Origin: an uncultured Bacteroidales bacterium
GTDB lineage: Bacteria; Bacteroidota; Bacteroidia; Bacteroidales; WCHB1-69
Direction of reading: 5' to 3'
Length of the DNA stretch: 64,000 nucleotides
NCBI GenBank assembly: GCA_947165685.1
Contig: CAMVBK010000005.1
Span: forward strand, 23,071-87,070
Shown here: piece after piece, positions 63,999-64,000 of the stretch
Numbering within the stretch: position 1 is the first letter of the stretch
Layout of the letters: every line of letters begins with the position of its first letter
Program-made: the position numbers and the translations under genes
The notes under the pieces: generated by a model
What the model was told of the DNA's origin: nothing
Database searches by the model: none
What the model saw: the letters and a program-made list of their open reading frames with translations, nothing else

Positions 63999-64000
63999 TG

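Noticed and set aside
63988-64000. ATG at 63988 overlapping the ftsL-like stop, likely the start of the next dcw gene (the PBP/ftsI position)
   Set aside because: Only four codons fall inside the window, so it cannot be supported from sequence.

Overview
This 64 kb window reads as a chromosomal segment from a Bacteroidota genome, probably Prevotella- or Bacteroidales-like. That placement is an inference from T9SS C-terminal sorting domains, TAnnTTTG -7 promoter boxes and the bamD-rpoZ-coaBC-DUF4835-recN gene order. All family names come from motifs read by eye; no database search was run.

**Backbone.** The visibly GC-rich backbone carries housekeeping genes: trmB, tRNA-Pro(CGG), trmD, xseB, recN, coaBC, rpoZ, bamD, PBP1A, hflX, and mraZ-rsmH-ftsL at the right edge.

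**Main accessory content, 19.0-47.9 kb.** This is an efflux regulon made of:
- an NtrC-type sigma-54 activator and a histidine kinase with no sensor domain;
- TolC, a HlyD-family adaptor, one ABC ATPase and four long FtsX/MacB-type permeases.

I found three non-coding layers associated with it:
- four copies of a tandem-dyad enhancer placed a fixed 53-54 nt upstream of a TGGCA(C/T) -24-like box;
- five same-strand copies of a ~70 nt triple-hairpin element with compensatory changes and strand-specific G-U pairs;
- four GTAGAGACGC palindromes.

**Insertions into the regulon.** It is interrupted by visibly AT-richer inserts:
- a T9SS-sorted C10 cysteine protease operon with two unknown secreted proteins;
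- a Panacea/DUF4065 antitoxin-like gene with an unknown 130 aa partner;
- solo AAA ATPase genes with decayed paralogues;
- a relic of a fifth permease gene.

**Further right.** This part holds an orphan lysine 2,3-aminomutase, VapC and HigBA toxin-antitoxin modules, and a TonB-dependent receptor. It also holds a tight operon of BlaI, an M56 BlaR1-like protein with a TonB C-terminal domain, and two retropepsin-like proteases. The operon's upstream promoter block resembles that of the TonB-dependent receptor.

**Backbone repeats.** Backbone intergenic regions carry an unusual family of stop-codon-rich short tandem repeats. Two of these arrays form an inverted repeat around an esterase gene.

I recognised no rRNA, CRISPR array, transposase or integrase.
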